DNA of 64,000 nt from an uncultured delta proteobacterium (GTDB lineage Bacteria > Desulfobacterota > Syntrophia > Syntrophales > UBA2185), in contig CAVSPA010000005.1 of the NCBI GenBank assembly GCA_963729715.1, positions 384,001 through 448,000 on the forward strand, read 5' to 3'. The first letter of the stretch is position 1. Each line of letters opens with the position of its first letter. Below, one piece after another: positions 50,595 to 60,181 of this stretch. The position numbers were made by a program, and so were the translations under genes. The notes beneath the pieces were generated by a model, which worked only from the letters and a program-made list of their open reading frames with translations, had not been told where the DNA came from and did no database searches.

Positions 50595-51572
50595 CTACTT
50601 TCTGTCGAGCCCGGTTGCATATCCGGTCCTCGGGTCGGCCTTAATCTTCTCCAACTGGACTTTTCCAACCAGTTCCAGTAGGCCCTGATGGTCCTTGACG
50701 CCAAAAATGAACTTATCAAGGTATTCCCGGTAGAGCTTATCATTCTTCGCGAAACCGCTGTGCTGGCTGAGATACTGGGGATCATAGTCGTAATAACGAT
50801 AGCAGGCGGTGGGATACGCGCCGAAGGGGATGGGTACGACGGCCGATACATGGATAAAAGGGATCTGGTTGTATTCCGGTTCTGCACGCAGCTCCTTCGA
50901 ATCGACAAGCTCCTCACAGGTAACAATGACGTTGCGGGCCGCCTTTGCCTGGTCCACGTCTGCGTAAGTGAGTCCCATCATGCGGCATGTTCCGAATTTG
51001 TCAGCTTTCTGCACGTGGATGATCGTGACATCGGGAATGATTGCGGGCACCAGGATGACCTTAGACGTGTTGCCCCAATTGCCGAAGGGACTATCAAGAA
51101 CAACGAGCTTGTTATCCGGAATTTTGGGGTCTTTTTTGCGCATGTCCCTTGAGAAGCCCCATTTGTTGACGATATCCGTACCAAAGGACGATTTAGTGGC
51201 AATAAAGGGAACGCCCATAGCGCCGGCATGAAAGCGCAGCGCCATCTGGTAGTTGGTATAATCCTCGAACTGGATTTCACCCCTCTGGATCGCGGCCTTG
51301 AACCGGATACAGGTAGGGGCGGATTTCGCGTTACCGCCGTAGGCGATTTCCAGCTTTGATATGCATCCCCCGCCCACGAGCTCGTCGACGCCGGTTCCGT
51401 TGGAATGGGCATAGCAATGAATGCCCCTGATTCTCTGGCGTATGATTTCGTAAACGGCGGCCATGGGGTTGCGGCTCACAGTAAATCCGCCGATGGATAT
51501 ATGGCAACCGTCCTTGACATAGTTCCTGATCGCCTCATCCAGGGCCATCACTTTTCCTTGATCTGCGCTCAT
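50595..51572 (-). CDS. gctA: Family I CoA-transferase alpha subunit (glutaconate CoA-transferase A-like)
   Basis: IGGFT..RNPMA, RFHAGAMGVPF, HVQKAD..G, GAYPT.C; start at ATG 51572 after an AAGGAG RBS. Confidence 0.8.
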   Translation of the reverse strand: MSADQGKVMALDEAIRNYVKDGCHISIGGFTVSRNPMAAVYEIIRQRIRGIHCYAHSNGTGVDELVGGGCISKLEIAYGGNAKSAPTCIRFKAAIQRGEIQFEDYTNYQMALRFHAGAMGVPFIATKSSFGTDIVNKWGFSRDMRKKDPKIPDNKLVVLDSPFGNWGNTSKVILVPAIIPDVTIIHVQKADKFGTCRMMGLTYADVDQAKAARNVIVTCEELVDSKELRAEPEYNQIPFIHVSAVVPIPFGAYPTACYRYYDYDPQYLSQHSGFAKNDKLYREYLDKFIFGVKDHQGLLELVGKVQLEKIKADPRTGYATGLDRK

Positions 51573-52024
51573 TGATAACTCCTTGCAAAAAAAATCCAAG
51601 CCGTCCTGCGGCATATAGCGCTATGCCCAGGGTATTGTATGTTTCCCCACCAAGTTACTGAGGCAAGGCTTCTCGATATCCATCTGAAACACTGCATGCA
51701 GTTGTCGATCCATTAAAGCAACATTTCAGGAAATTAACAGCGGCCAAAGTTTATACCGTCTATCACAATATATGTCAACAATGATATACGTTACCATGGT
51801 GGTGTTATCTAATAATTTCCAATCGAAAGATTCTATGGAGGGGCAGAATCAAAAAAATAACTTAACAGAAAGTAGGCATCAATCTGATGAGAAACAATTA
51901 TTAATACTATCCAATCTTATGCCCATTGCTTTTTACATGGATATAAAATATTTTTACCAGTAATATCTCATCAGAGCCAGGTAAATGACAAATGCATTGA
52001 AAACATCATAGGAGACAACAGCAG

Positions 52025-52417
52025 ATGTTTAAAAAAATCATTACACCGAGAATATCAGAAACGAATATAACAGGACATATCGGCCACACCGAAATTCCGG
52101 TGTGGCTGGAAGAGGGCTATGAGGAAATCATTCAACTGTTTAGCCGGAATCTCGCGGAACCGAGTTTGATCACAGTCAACATGAATATGGATTTTCTTCA
52201 TGAGATATTCTTTGGCAAAGATGTGGAAATCCTTACCAGTGTGAAAAGGATTGGTACCTCAAGTTTCGTCTTGCACCAGGAGGGATATCAGGCCGGGAAG
52301 TTGTGCGTGCGAGCTTCGACCACCTTGGTCCACTTTGATTATTCGACCCATAAACCGGGCCCGATTCCGAAAACTTTTCTCGATATCCTCAAAGAGCATG
52401 TGTCGGTGAGCTCATGA
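52025..52417 (+). CDS. Hot-dog-fold acyl-CoA thioesterase (4HBT-like)
   Basis: PRISET...GHI.....P.W.E, KRIGTSSF.L.Q, LVHFD. Confidence 0.78.
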   Translation: MFKKIITPRISETNITGHIGHTEIPVWLEEGYEEIIQLFSRNLAEPSLITVNMNMDFLHEIFFGKDVEILTSVKRIGTSSFVLHQEGYQAGKLCVRASTTLVHFDYSTHKPGPIPKTFLDILKEHVSVSS

Positions 52418-52432
52418 ACTGTCACGGGTGAT

Positions 52433-52771
52433 TCAGAATTCTGAAGGAGGCCGGTTGATTTTAGCCGGCATAGATTTCCACCTGGATTCCCCTCTTGTGT
52501 GCTTTACCGATAGCTGAGGCGTTCTCTTCGCATGTAAAGGAATAATCTTCGATGAGGCTTTCTGCTTTTGCCTTGACAAATTATTGCCCGCGGGTATCTG
52601 TGCAAAGTTCTTGGGGAGAGAAATCGTTTTGCCTGTTGCATTGTTGGATGTCAGGTCAGCGGCATTGGAAATGGGGCAGAACGTGAATGCGAAGAAGGCA
52701 ATAAAAATTAACACCTGTGCAGAAAGTCTTCTCATATTGAATGCACCTTTCAGAAGAATTGTTATAATCAT
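52433..52771 (-). CDS. Hypothetical exported protein
   Basis: Signal-peptide-like segment MRRLSAQVLIFIAFFAF...SNAA; no recognised domain. Confidence 0.35.
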   Translation of the reverse strand: MIITILLKGAFNMRRLSAQVLIFIAFFAFTFCPISNAADLTSNNATGKTISLPKNFAQIPAGNNLSRQKQKASSKIIPLHAKRTPQLSVKHTRGESRWKSMPAKINRPPSEF

Positions 52772-52925
52772 TTACTCTGGTTAAGATCCAAGACAATTAT
52801 GGAAAGGCTTATCATGTTCGACTTGATGCTTATGAACTCTGCTGTATTTTAAAGCGTCAACCGAGGTTCAGCCTTTCGCTCGCTGGATCCATCATTCAGT
52901 CCGCTTGAGTGTAATTCTCTCCGGA

Positions 52926-53363
52926 TTATGTCGTTACATCTACAGTATTAGTAACAGTGCCATCCGAAATAGAACTGTTATTAGAGCTTGATGTAGAATC
53001 CTGTGAGGCATCCAATTTGTGATGGTGATGTCTCTTGTGGGCGGTCTGCATATCCTGTTGCAGCTTTGTTAACGCATCCTGTGCCTTTGTCAGATCGCCT
53101 GATTGAAGCGCTTGGCCAAGGGCACTAAAATCGCCTGCAAGCTGGCTCTGACTATTGCCTTGCTGCCCGGTTTGTGTTTGACTACCCGCCGATAAATTGG
53201 GCATCAATTGCTGCAGTGCCGCAAAGGCTTGTTGGGCCGCATTAAGATCGCCGGACTGCAAAGCCTGCCCGAGCTGTTGAAAGTAATCTCGTATTTGCTG
53301 AAAGTTAGTCTTTGCGCTGTTCGTCTGATAAAGATTGGTATTGGATACGCCGGAAACTGACAT
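52926..53363 (-). CDS. Gln/Ser-rich protein with a duplicated LGQALQSGDL helix motif and a His tract
   Basis: GAGGAGG RBS before ATG 53363; two repeats F..LGQALQSGDL..AQ.A...LQQ; HKRHHHH. Confidence 0.8.
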   Translation of the reverse strand: MSVSGVSNTNLYQTNSAKTNFQQIRDYFQQLGQALQSGDLNAAQQAFAALQQLMPNLSAGSQTQTGQQGNSQSQLAGDFSALGQALQSGDLTKAQDALTKLQQDMQTAHKRHHHHKLDASQDSTSSSNNSSISDGTVTNTVDVTT

Positions 53364-53459
53364 GATAAGCCTCCTCATAAGTTTCAATGTTGTTTTTATG
53401 TGTAAAAGCTTTCGGCTGCAATTATTGCACAATATTCTCCACAACCTGATGACAATTGC

Positions 53460-53476
53460 TGCAAACCATATACCAA
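53460..53476 (-). promoter_or_regulatory. Putative sigma54 promoter for the Gln-rich gene
   Basis: TTGGTATATGGTTTGCA (GG-N10-GC spacing) ~100 bp upstream of the ATG. Confidence 0.55.
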
Positions 53477-53609
53477 TATCGCTTTCCTCATGCATCACAG
53501 CCAATCGGCAGATTTATCAATAATTTAGACTGATACTATAGTTGGGCGCCTTGAGGTACATACTGCCCTTTAGGGTCTGTACTCGGCAAAATGTTCCACT
53601 CGTTGCAAC

Positions 53610-53637
53610 TAAAGGAATGTGGCCGGAAAGCCGATAG
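53610..53637 (+). promoter_or_regulatory. Putative sigma28 (FliA) promoter
   Basis: TAAAG-N15-GCCGATAG upstream of the 53777 ORF and the HDOD gene. Confidence 0.55.
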
Positions 53638-53776
53638 ACACAAGTGAAGCCGGCAAAATTGTTGGACAAGAGAAGCGGCTCAGCTTATTTCTGCGTTCTT
53701 TTCCGGGGATATATAGTCAAAAGCAATTAGATCGTATTCCTGAGGGATGAACGATGACAATAATTAACAAGGATCA

Positions 53777-54127
53777 GTGGGCAATATGGGCTTTCCCAAG
53801 TGGTTGGCAGGATCAAGAAAGGGTCATGTCAGTGGAACAGCGAGAACTGTTGCACAAGGCTGGAAGACCATCAAAGAAAGAAATCCCGGGATGAGCCCGA
53901 TGGATATTGCACATACTTATGTCAGGAAACGTTACACGGCAAGAGACGATATGCATTTGGCAAAAGAAGTCCTGCGTATGCTGCGCAAGGTCAATCCCTT
54001 GAACCTCTCGTGGGCGATTTTGATGGTTGAGAACAAAGATCAATCAGTCAATCTATATGACCGCATGTCCGAGTGGCAGCACGTAATGATACAGGAAATA
54101 AGAAAACACGGGATAGACCCGGAATAA
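53777..54127 (+). CDS. Hypothetical protein
   Basis: 116-aa ORF filling the intergenic gap, with protein-like composition. Confidence 0.5.
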   Translation: MGNMGFPKWLAGSRKGHVSGTARTVAQGWKTIKERNPGMSPMDIAHTYVRKRYTARDDMHLAKEVLRMLRKVNPLNLSWAILMVENKDQSVNLYDRMSEWQHVMIQEIRKHGIDPE

Positions 54128-54203
54128 GAGTTTCTTCTCCTCGTCGAGCAGCTAAGTGTGGGGCGCAGGCCTCATACCTCTCAGAAAATCGCAGGAGGCT
54201 AAC

Positions 54204-55061
54204 ATGGTGAAACGCAAAAAACCGGAAGCCCTCCTCAAGGGTTGGGTGGAATTGTCGTCCCTGCCCTTCATCTACATCAAAATTAATAATGCAATTAACG
54301 ACCGCCATTCTTCCATAAGAGATATCAGCGATATAATAAGCGGTGACCCGAGCCTTACGACCCGCCTGCTCAGGCTCGTCAACAGCGCGTTTTATGGTTT
54401 TCCATCGAAAATCGACACGGTCAGCCGCGCCCTTCTGGCAGTGGGTACGAACCAGTTACGCGATCTTGCCCTGGCAACTTCGGTAATGAGTCTCTTTAAA
54501 GGGATACCGGCAGGCCTTGTCAGCATGGAGTCACTCTGGAGGCACAGTGTAGCCTGTGGCCTCGCCGCAAAGATGCTCTCAACAGCCAGACGGCGTGAGG
54601 CGAACATGGAGCGTTTCTTTACGGCAGGTATCATTCATGACATAGGCAGGCTCGTTATATACAAGATGATGCCGGACGCAGCACAGGAAATGATTCTTCG
54701 CTGCAGGGTCAATAATGAGCCGTTATATCTGGTTGAAAAAGAAGTGATCGGTTTTGACCATGCGGATTTGGGGCGTGCGCTCGTGCAATTATGGAATCTG
54801 CCGGCGAGTTTAGAGGAGATGATAGCCTGCCATCACTCTCCCTCGGAAGCGCGGCTATATCCTGTCGAGGCATGCGTGGTCCACATAGCCGATTACATAG
54901 CCCATGAAATGCAGTTGGGAGAGAGCGGAGAACAGTATATCCCGCCCTTGGACAAGAAGGTATGGAAGCTCGTGGGAATTCCCGAAAGCGCCCTGTCTTT
55001 CATATCGGATCCATTGAGGGCGGAGTTTGAAGATGTCGTGCAGTCGCTATGGGAATTGTAA
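54204..55061 (+). CDS. HDOD-domain signalling protein
   Basis: LSSLP, DPSLTTRLLRLVNSAFYG, WRHS, AGIIHDIG, DHA.LG..L...WNLP; start after an AGGAGG RBS. Confidence 0.92.
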   Translation: MVKRKKPEALLKGWVELSSLPFIYIKINNAINDRHSSIRDISDIISGDPSLTTRLLRLVNSAFYGFPSKIDTVSRALLAVGTNQLRDLALATSVMSLFKGIPAGLVSMESLWRHSVACGLAAKMLSTARRREANMERFFTAGIIHDIGRLVIYKMMPDAAQEMILRCRVNNEPLYLVEKEVIGFDHADLGRALVQLWNLPASLEEMIACHHSPSEARLYPVEACVVHIADYIAHEMQLGESGEQYIPPLDKKVWKLVGIPESALSFISDPLRAEFEDVVQSLWEL

Positions 55062-55390
55062 GTGCAAGGGCTGCCTTGCCCACATCCAACAACCGGAGTG
55101 GAGCTGATGGAGGGAAGGGCAGCTGCGCGCCCGCAAGCCGCGACACGGCTTGTCCTCAATGATTGAATATAATCATACCAAGTAACATATTTAAATAACC
55201 AGCGAGTTTAATCCACTGGACGGTCTTAACTCTCTTTGAATCGCTGATAAATTTTCTTTGTCGACCACTCTTTTACATCTTGTTTAAATTCAGAATTAAC
55301 CATAATCTTATCAGATATTTCCTGGTTAGCGTCCGGCCCTGTCGCTTGCGAGAAGCAGAGAGAGCCGCTGACAAAAAAAGGGGAGAGCAC

Positions 55391-55795
55391 CTAAAGCAGC
55401 GGTATCTTCTTCGGGGCCTCTGAGAAGGAGTACAACGTCGCCACGGCTTCTGTAAAGTAAAAGGTTACAAATGTTTCGTCATTTGCCCCTTTCGGATAGA
55501 TCTTGAGAAGAGTGGCGGATTCTTTGAATGCCTGGGCCTTTGCGTCAAGCGTATCGTCAAATGCGATCCGACCTCTTATCCTCATCCACGTCGAGTCGTT
55601 TCCCATATCCGAAATCTCGATTTCAGGATTCTGAGACAACTGCCTGTATACGTCTTTGGTTTTGTTGGTACAGAAATACAGCGCGCCGTTCTTCTTCATG
55701 ACGAAACCGAAGGGGCGAACCCGCGCCTTCGTGCCGTCAACAGTGGCGATGTGAAAAACAGGATTAGCCTTCAGATACTCAAGAGCGGTAGTCAT
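55391..55795 (-). CDS. Pyridoxamine 5'-phosphate oxidase-like FMN-binding protein
   Basis: ATVDG...RVRPF, YFCTN.TKDVY.QL..NP.IE. Confidence 0.85.
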   Translation of the reverse strand: MTTALEYLKANPVFHIATVDGTKARVRPFGFVMKKNGALYFCTNKTKDVYRQLSQNPEIEISDMGNDSTWMRIRGRIAFDDTLDAKAQAFKESATLLKIYPKGANDETFVTFYFTEAVATLYSFSEAPKKIPLL

Positions 55796-55874
55796 AGGAA
55801 CCTCCCAGAATGCAGTATTTTTGTTGGTGTGCTCGTATATAGGAAATAATACCCAATTGTCGGATTAATTGGAA

Positions 55875-56020
55875 TCAAATATTGATCCCTGTTCCGAAGG
55901 CAAGAGAAAATAAGATAGTGATCAAGGCGAGCTTCTTCAGTTCCTTGTCAAATGAAAGCAGGCTTTGAAAATGAAATATATGCAGCAGATGTTTTGTAAG
56001 GGGAACGAGTATGAGAACGT
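55875..56020 (-). pseudogene. Possible C-terminal remnant of a MenA-type prenyltransferase
   Basis: PLTKHL...FDKELKKLALITILFSLAFG resembles recalled Bacteroidota MenA C-termini. Confidence 0.35.
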
Positions 56021-56305
56021 GATGTCTTACCCCTGAAGAGAGTTCTTTTCCCCTTTCATAGCGCATCCTCCCACGTCATTGATATGATCCAGCAGCCTGC
56101 AATCGTTTTATATGCCTTGGTGCAGGCCTGACACTTTCCGTATTGCCGACATACGAATAGGATTCCCTAAAAATCGTCGATAAAAGATTGCCTTTTCACG
56201 GTGGGAGTACATGAACAAGGATTTTGTGTGTCAATGGAATTATGACCAGAAGATGTCGCGGGATCGGCGTAAATCCTTACGCATTGAAACCTTGTATTCC
56301 AGCAT

Positions 56306-56346
56306 AAAAAACGGGAAAGGTAAGGATTACTGCTGCCCTTCCCCGT
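56306..56346 (-). terminator. Probable rho-independent terminator after the Cache gene
   Basis: Minus strand reads acggggaaggg...acctttcccgt followed by a T-run. Confidence 0.5.
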
Positions 56347-56368
56347 TAAAAAGATATAATCACATTGT

Positions 56369-56854
56369 TTACTTGTAGTAGCCGCAGATAATTATCACGT
56401 TACCGATTCTTTCAAAAAAAGTCGACTTCTGCTCGATCTTCTTGGTCTGCGGGTTCATCCACTTGTAGTCCATGACCCCCTTATTATTCATCTTTGTATC
56501 ATCGATTATGGCCTTGATGAACTTTTTCCCGACGGCGTCTTCGCGATCTATCAAATTCGCTCCGATAAGCTTTGCGTCTGCGCCGTGTGCCAGGACGTTG
56601 CCATCGGGATCAATCACATAGATATAGAGATCGCTGTGAACGAACCTCCCGGTGGTCTTGTTGAATTGGGCAAAGGCCCTGTCCCTGCCGTTTGCCTGAT
56701 AGTAGACAACGGCCCTCGAGAGCAGGGCCTTGGCTTCACTTGCCGTTCCTTTTTCCTGTGCATAGGCACCGCCCACGCAGAGAAGCCCGATCAGAATCCC
56801 TGCCAAAATAATTTTCACAATTCCTAATTCTTTAACTGCTTTTATGGTCTCCAT
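56369..56854 (-). CDS. Stand-alone periplasmic single Cache domain protein
   Basis: Signal peptide; EAKAL...AV.Y, G.F...DLYIYV, AHG, D..GK.FI, YKW.NP, K.TF. Confidence 0.85.
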   Translation of the reverse strand: METIKAVKELGIVKIILAGILIGLLCVGGAYAQEKGTASEAKALLSRAVVYYQANGRDRAFAQFNKTTGRFVHSDLYIYVIDPDGNVLAHGADAKLIGANLIDREDAVGKKFIKAIIDDTKMNNKGVMDYKWMNPQTKKIEQKSTFFERIGNVIIICGYYK

Positions 56855-57082
56855 TTTCCGTCCTCCTAAACATGATGCCGAGTCTGTCAACTATTTTTCC
56901 GTCTCTGTTAATGACATAGTGTTCTTTTTTGATATTTGCAAGAAGATTTGAAAATGCCTTCTTCATCTAGGGAGTCTTGCATACACTTCTCTTTTCTTAT
57001 CATCAAGTCCGGAATTGCAGAAGTATCCGCGATCAGGGACATCCTTATTTATCGGTTCGAACTCTCTGATTGATAGCTCCGA

Positions 57083-57646
57083 TTAGATTTTGATCTCCTG
57101 GAGAAGGATCTCCATGCGGTCGGCAATGTCAAGAATGGACGGTTCGTAACTGACAGGATATCCGAGGGAAGCAAAAATGCGCTTCATCCCTTCGTTCCGG
57201 TAATCGAGAAGTATTTCGATACTGGCGAGTCCTTTGGACCGGGCGATATTGACGACTCTTGTCACCATGAGCTTCCCCAGGCCTTTCCTTTGCCAGTTGT
57301 CTCTCAAGACAACGGTAAGCTCCGCGTGATCTGAATTCTGTTTGACGATGTAACGGCAGGTACCGACGATGGATTCCTTTGTGTCCTCCGTGATAATGGC
57401 AGCGAGGGCGAAATGGGTTTCGTAATCAATCTCCACAAGCTGCTTCAGCATCTCCGGCTGCAGCTTTTCCAAATGGTTTAAGAAGCGAAAGTAGATGGTC
57501 TCCCGGGATAAACTCTTGAAAAAATCCAGAAGGAGCGGACCATCGGTCGGCTTGATCGGTCTCACGAAGACGGCCGAACCGTCCGAGAGGGTGATCCATT
57601 CCTCATAATAGTAGGGATATTGCCGATAGATTCTGAAGGCTTCCAT
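57083..57646 (-). CDS. GNAT N-acetyltransferase (Pat-like GNAT domain, stand-alone)
   Basis: RPIKPTD, LSRETIYFRF, IDY..H.AL, WQRKGLG. Confidence 0.85.
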   Translation of the reverse strand: MEAFRIYRQYPYYYEEWITLSDGSAVFVRPIKPTDGPLLLDFFKSLSRETIYFRFLNHLEKLQPEMLKQLVEIDYETHFALAAIITEDTKESIVGTCRYIVKQNSDHAELTVVLRDNWQRKGLGKLMVTRVVNIARSKGLASIEILLDYRNEGMKRIFASLGYPVSYEPSILDIADRMEILLQEIKI

Positions 57647-57855
57647 TTTTTAGAGGCGGACCCTCCTTAACCTGGCGGACAAAAGCCCTGCTTCCCTTTA
57701 TGGTCTTTCCAATCGAAGTCCGATCCAAAAAAGATGCGGGCATATTTTCTTGACAAGGCCATGGCGCCTATATATCGTGTACATAAGGCCCGTGTACAAG
57801 CAATTTTGACGGGTGTCAAATGGAAACTTAATGAACAAGCACTGGGAGGTAAAGT

Positions 57856-58509
57856 ATGAGCACACCGATAGAACAATACTGGCAGTTGAGACTCGCTGAC
57901 CTCAAGAAGGCGCTGGAAGCAAACAACTTCGAGGTCTTCCTGGCGAACGATGCGGATGAGGTAAAAAAGATTGTCTTCAAAGAAATCATACCTGCGGTGA
58001 AGCCTGCTGTCGTTTCCTGGGGCACGTCTATGACGTCCATGGAGACAGGCCTTCACTCCGCTCTCAAAGCCGATACATCATTTAAGACAATAGAGACATC
58101 GGACAAGACCATCTCCTGGGATGAAAACGTTGAGCGTCGAAGACAGTCGCTCCTCGCTGATTTATTCATCCTGGCAACCAACGCCGTAACGGAGAACGGC
58201 GAGCTAGTCAACCTGGACGGGACGGGAAACCGCGTTGCGGGTTTAACGTTCGGCCCCAAGAACGTAATTGTCCTGGCAAGCCGGAACAAAGTCGTTTCGG
58301 ATTTGGACGAGGCCTTTAGACGCATCAAGAATTACGCGGCGCCGGTCAATGCGATACGCCTGAACAGAAAAACACCCTGCGTCAAGACGTCCTACTGCGA
58401 AGAGTGCAAGAGCGCGGAGCGCATCTGCAACACCTGGACGATCACCGAAAAATCGGCTCCTAAAGGAAGGGTGAAAGTCATACTGATTAACCAGAACTTT
58501 GGCCTTTAG
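57856..58509 (+). CDS. LUD-domain (LutC/DUF1121-like) protein
   Basis: NAVTE.GELVNLDG.GNRVA...FGP, NKVV, PC.KT..C.EC.S.ERICN. Confidence 0.85.
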   Translation: MSTPIEQYWQLRLADLKKALEANNFEVFLANDADEVKKIVFKEIIPAVKPAVVSWGTSMTSMETGLHSALKADTSFKTIETSDKTISWDENVERRRQSLLADLFILATNAVTENGELVNLDGTGNRVAGLTFGPKNVIVLASRNKVVSDLDEAFRRIKNYAAPVNAIRLNRKTPCVKTSYCEECKSAERICNTWTITEKSAPKGRVKVILINQNFGL

Positions 58510-58573
58510 CAGGACTTTGCTTGATGTGGAGAATATACCAACGTCGGGCATAAAGAGGGAGCGAAGAATATCC

Positions 58574-59446
58574 ATGAAAGAACCGTCTGATTTGGCAAAC
58601 TGGGTGGAGAGTATCATCCGCGATTATATAAACACATCTCCGGAGAATACCCTCAAGAACGAGGCCAACGAAAAGGCATGGAGTGACCCCCTCGTGGGAT
58701 TCTCACGGGGAGATGATCCTCTATACGAAGACTACAAGAAGCATGTAGGGTCTTTTCACTGGACGCCGTTGGAGATCTTTAAGCAGACATTCCCAGAGGC
58801 CAAGGTGAGTGCGGAAGACCTAACCGTCATAAGCTGGATCCTCCCGCAGACGGAAGCGACCAAGGCGGATACCCGGAAAGAAAAGGAATTCCCGCCGGAG
58901 CGATGGGCCAGGTCCCGCCTCTATGGCGAAGAGGTAAATAAAAAGCTTCGCAAGCACGTTGTAGCCGCCCTGCAAGAAAAAGGATACAGGGCCGTTGCGC
59001 CTGTGCTGTCATCTCTGTGGTCGCGGCAGATGTCCAAAGCGTACGGTTTTGCCTCGAACTGGTCGGAAAGGCATGCAGCCTATGCAGCGGGCCTGGGCAC
59101 ATTCGGCCTTTGTGACGGCTTGATTACGCCGCACGGAAAGGCCGTGCGCGTGGGCTCCGTGGTGGCGCAAATCCGGATCCCCGCGACCGCCCGACCTTAT
59201 GACGATCACCACGCATACTGCCTGTTCTATTCGCAGGGCGCCTGCAAGAGCTGCATTTCCCGCTGTCCCGTGGGGGCGCTGAGCGAGGCCGGCCATGACA
59301 AGATGAAGTGCTACAGCCACGCATACGGCAGTTCATTAAATCATATAAGAGCACTGCATGGTTTTGAAGTCGGGTCCTGCGGCCTTTGCCAGACAAAGGT
59401 GCCTTGCGAGTCCAGTATTCCCAAGAAGGCTTGGGGAAAGAAGTAG
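58574..59446 (+). CDS. QueG/epoxyqueuosine reductase-like 4Fe-4S protein
   Basis: WSERHAAYAAGLGTFG, CKSCISRCP, CGLCQTKVPC. Confidence 0.8.
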   Translation: MKEPSDLANWVESIIRDYINTSPENTLKNEANEKAWSDPLVGFSRGDDPLYEDYKKHVGSFHWTPLEIFKQTFPEAKVSAEDLTVISWILPQTEATKADTRKEKEFPPERWARSRLYGEEVNKKLRKHVVAALQEKGYRAVAPVLSSLWSRQMSKAYGFASNWSERHAAYAAGLGTFGLCDGLITPHGKAVRVGSVVAQIRIPATARPYDDHHAYCLFYSQGACKSCISRCPVGALSEAGHDKMKCYSHAYGSSLNHIRALHGFEVGSCGLCQTKVPCESSIPKKAWGKK

Positions 59447-59448
59447 AA

Positions 59449-59475
59449 AGATTTCTCGCTGCGCTGAAATGACAA
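59449..59475. repeat. REP-like element (inverted partner of 61224-61259)
   Basis: agatttctcgctgcgctgaaatgacaa; its reverse complement shares both ends (ttgtcatttc...gagaaatct) with the 61224 copy. Confidence 0.6.
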
Positions 59476-59492
59476 TACGAAGGGAAGTGAAA

Positions 59493-60098
59493 ATGATTAT
59501 TGAGATGCGGATCTTTTCCGACTACGTCTGACCCTTCTGCTACATAGGCAAGGGCATTGTCGACTCATTAAAAAAAGAATTTGATATCAAGGACGACTGG
59601 CAGAGCTTTGAACTGCATCCCGAGACGCCGCCTGAGGGGATATCTTATGCGAAGAGGTTCCCGGGGGCGGATGTCGAGGCGATGTATGAAAACATCAGGA
59701 AAAGGGGCGACGAATTCGGCATCAAATTCGGCCCCCGGGTGCTGCTCGCCAATTCACGCATGTCTCTCGAAGCAAGCGAATATGCCCGCGACGTGGGCAA
59801 GTATGAGCTTTTTCATGAACGGATGTTTTATACATATTTCACGGAATCGAAAGACATCGGCAGCCCAAAAGTGCTCACGGAGAGCGCCAGCGTGTGCGGG
59901 CTTGATACGGATGAACTCCTGAAGGCTCTGAAGGAACGTCGCTATGCCCATCGGCTCGAGGAATCGAGAAAGGAAGCCGGACAGATCCATCTGACGGGCG
60001 TTCCGACCTTCATCATCAACGGGAAAACGAAATTCGTCGGTGCGCAGCAGATTGCGGTCTTCGAAGACTTGCTAAGAAAAATGGCCGATAAGCAATGA
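59493..60098 (+). CDS. DsbA/FrnE-family oxidoreductase, predicted selenoprotein (UxxC)
   Basis: MIIEMRIFSDYV-TGA(59529-59531)-PFCYIG; the frame continues through FELHPETP into ORF 59682-60098 (GVPTF, GAQ). Confidence 0.88.
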
Positions 60099-60181
60099 TA
60101 GCTGTTATAAAGCTCCGTGTGGAAAATAATCAATGAATTGTTGGCAAAGATGAAGATTTGAAAGAGGTAAGGGTGAGGGTT

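Noticed and set aside
59682..60098. ORF-track 138-aa protein as a complete gene
   Set aside because: It is the C-terminal part of the UGA read-through DsbA starting at 59493
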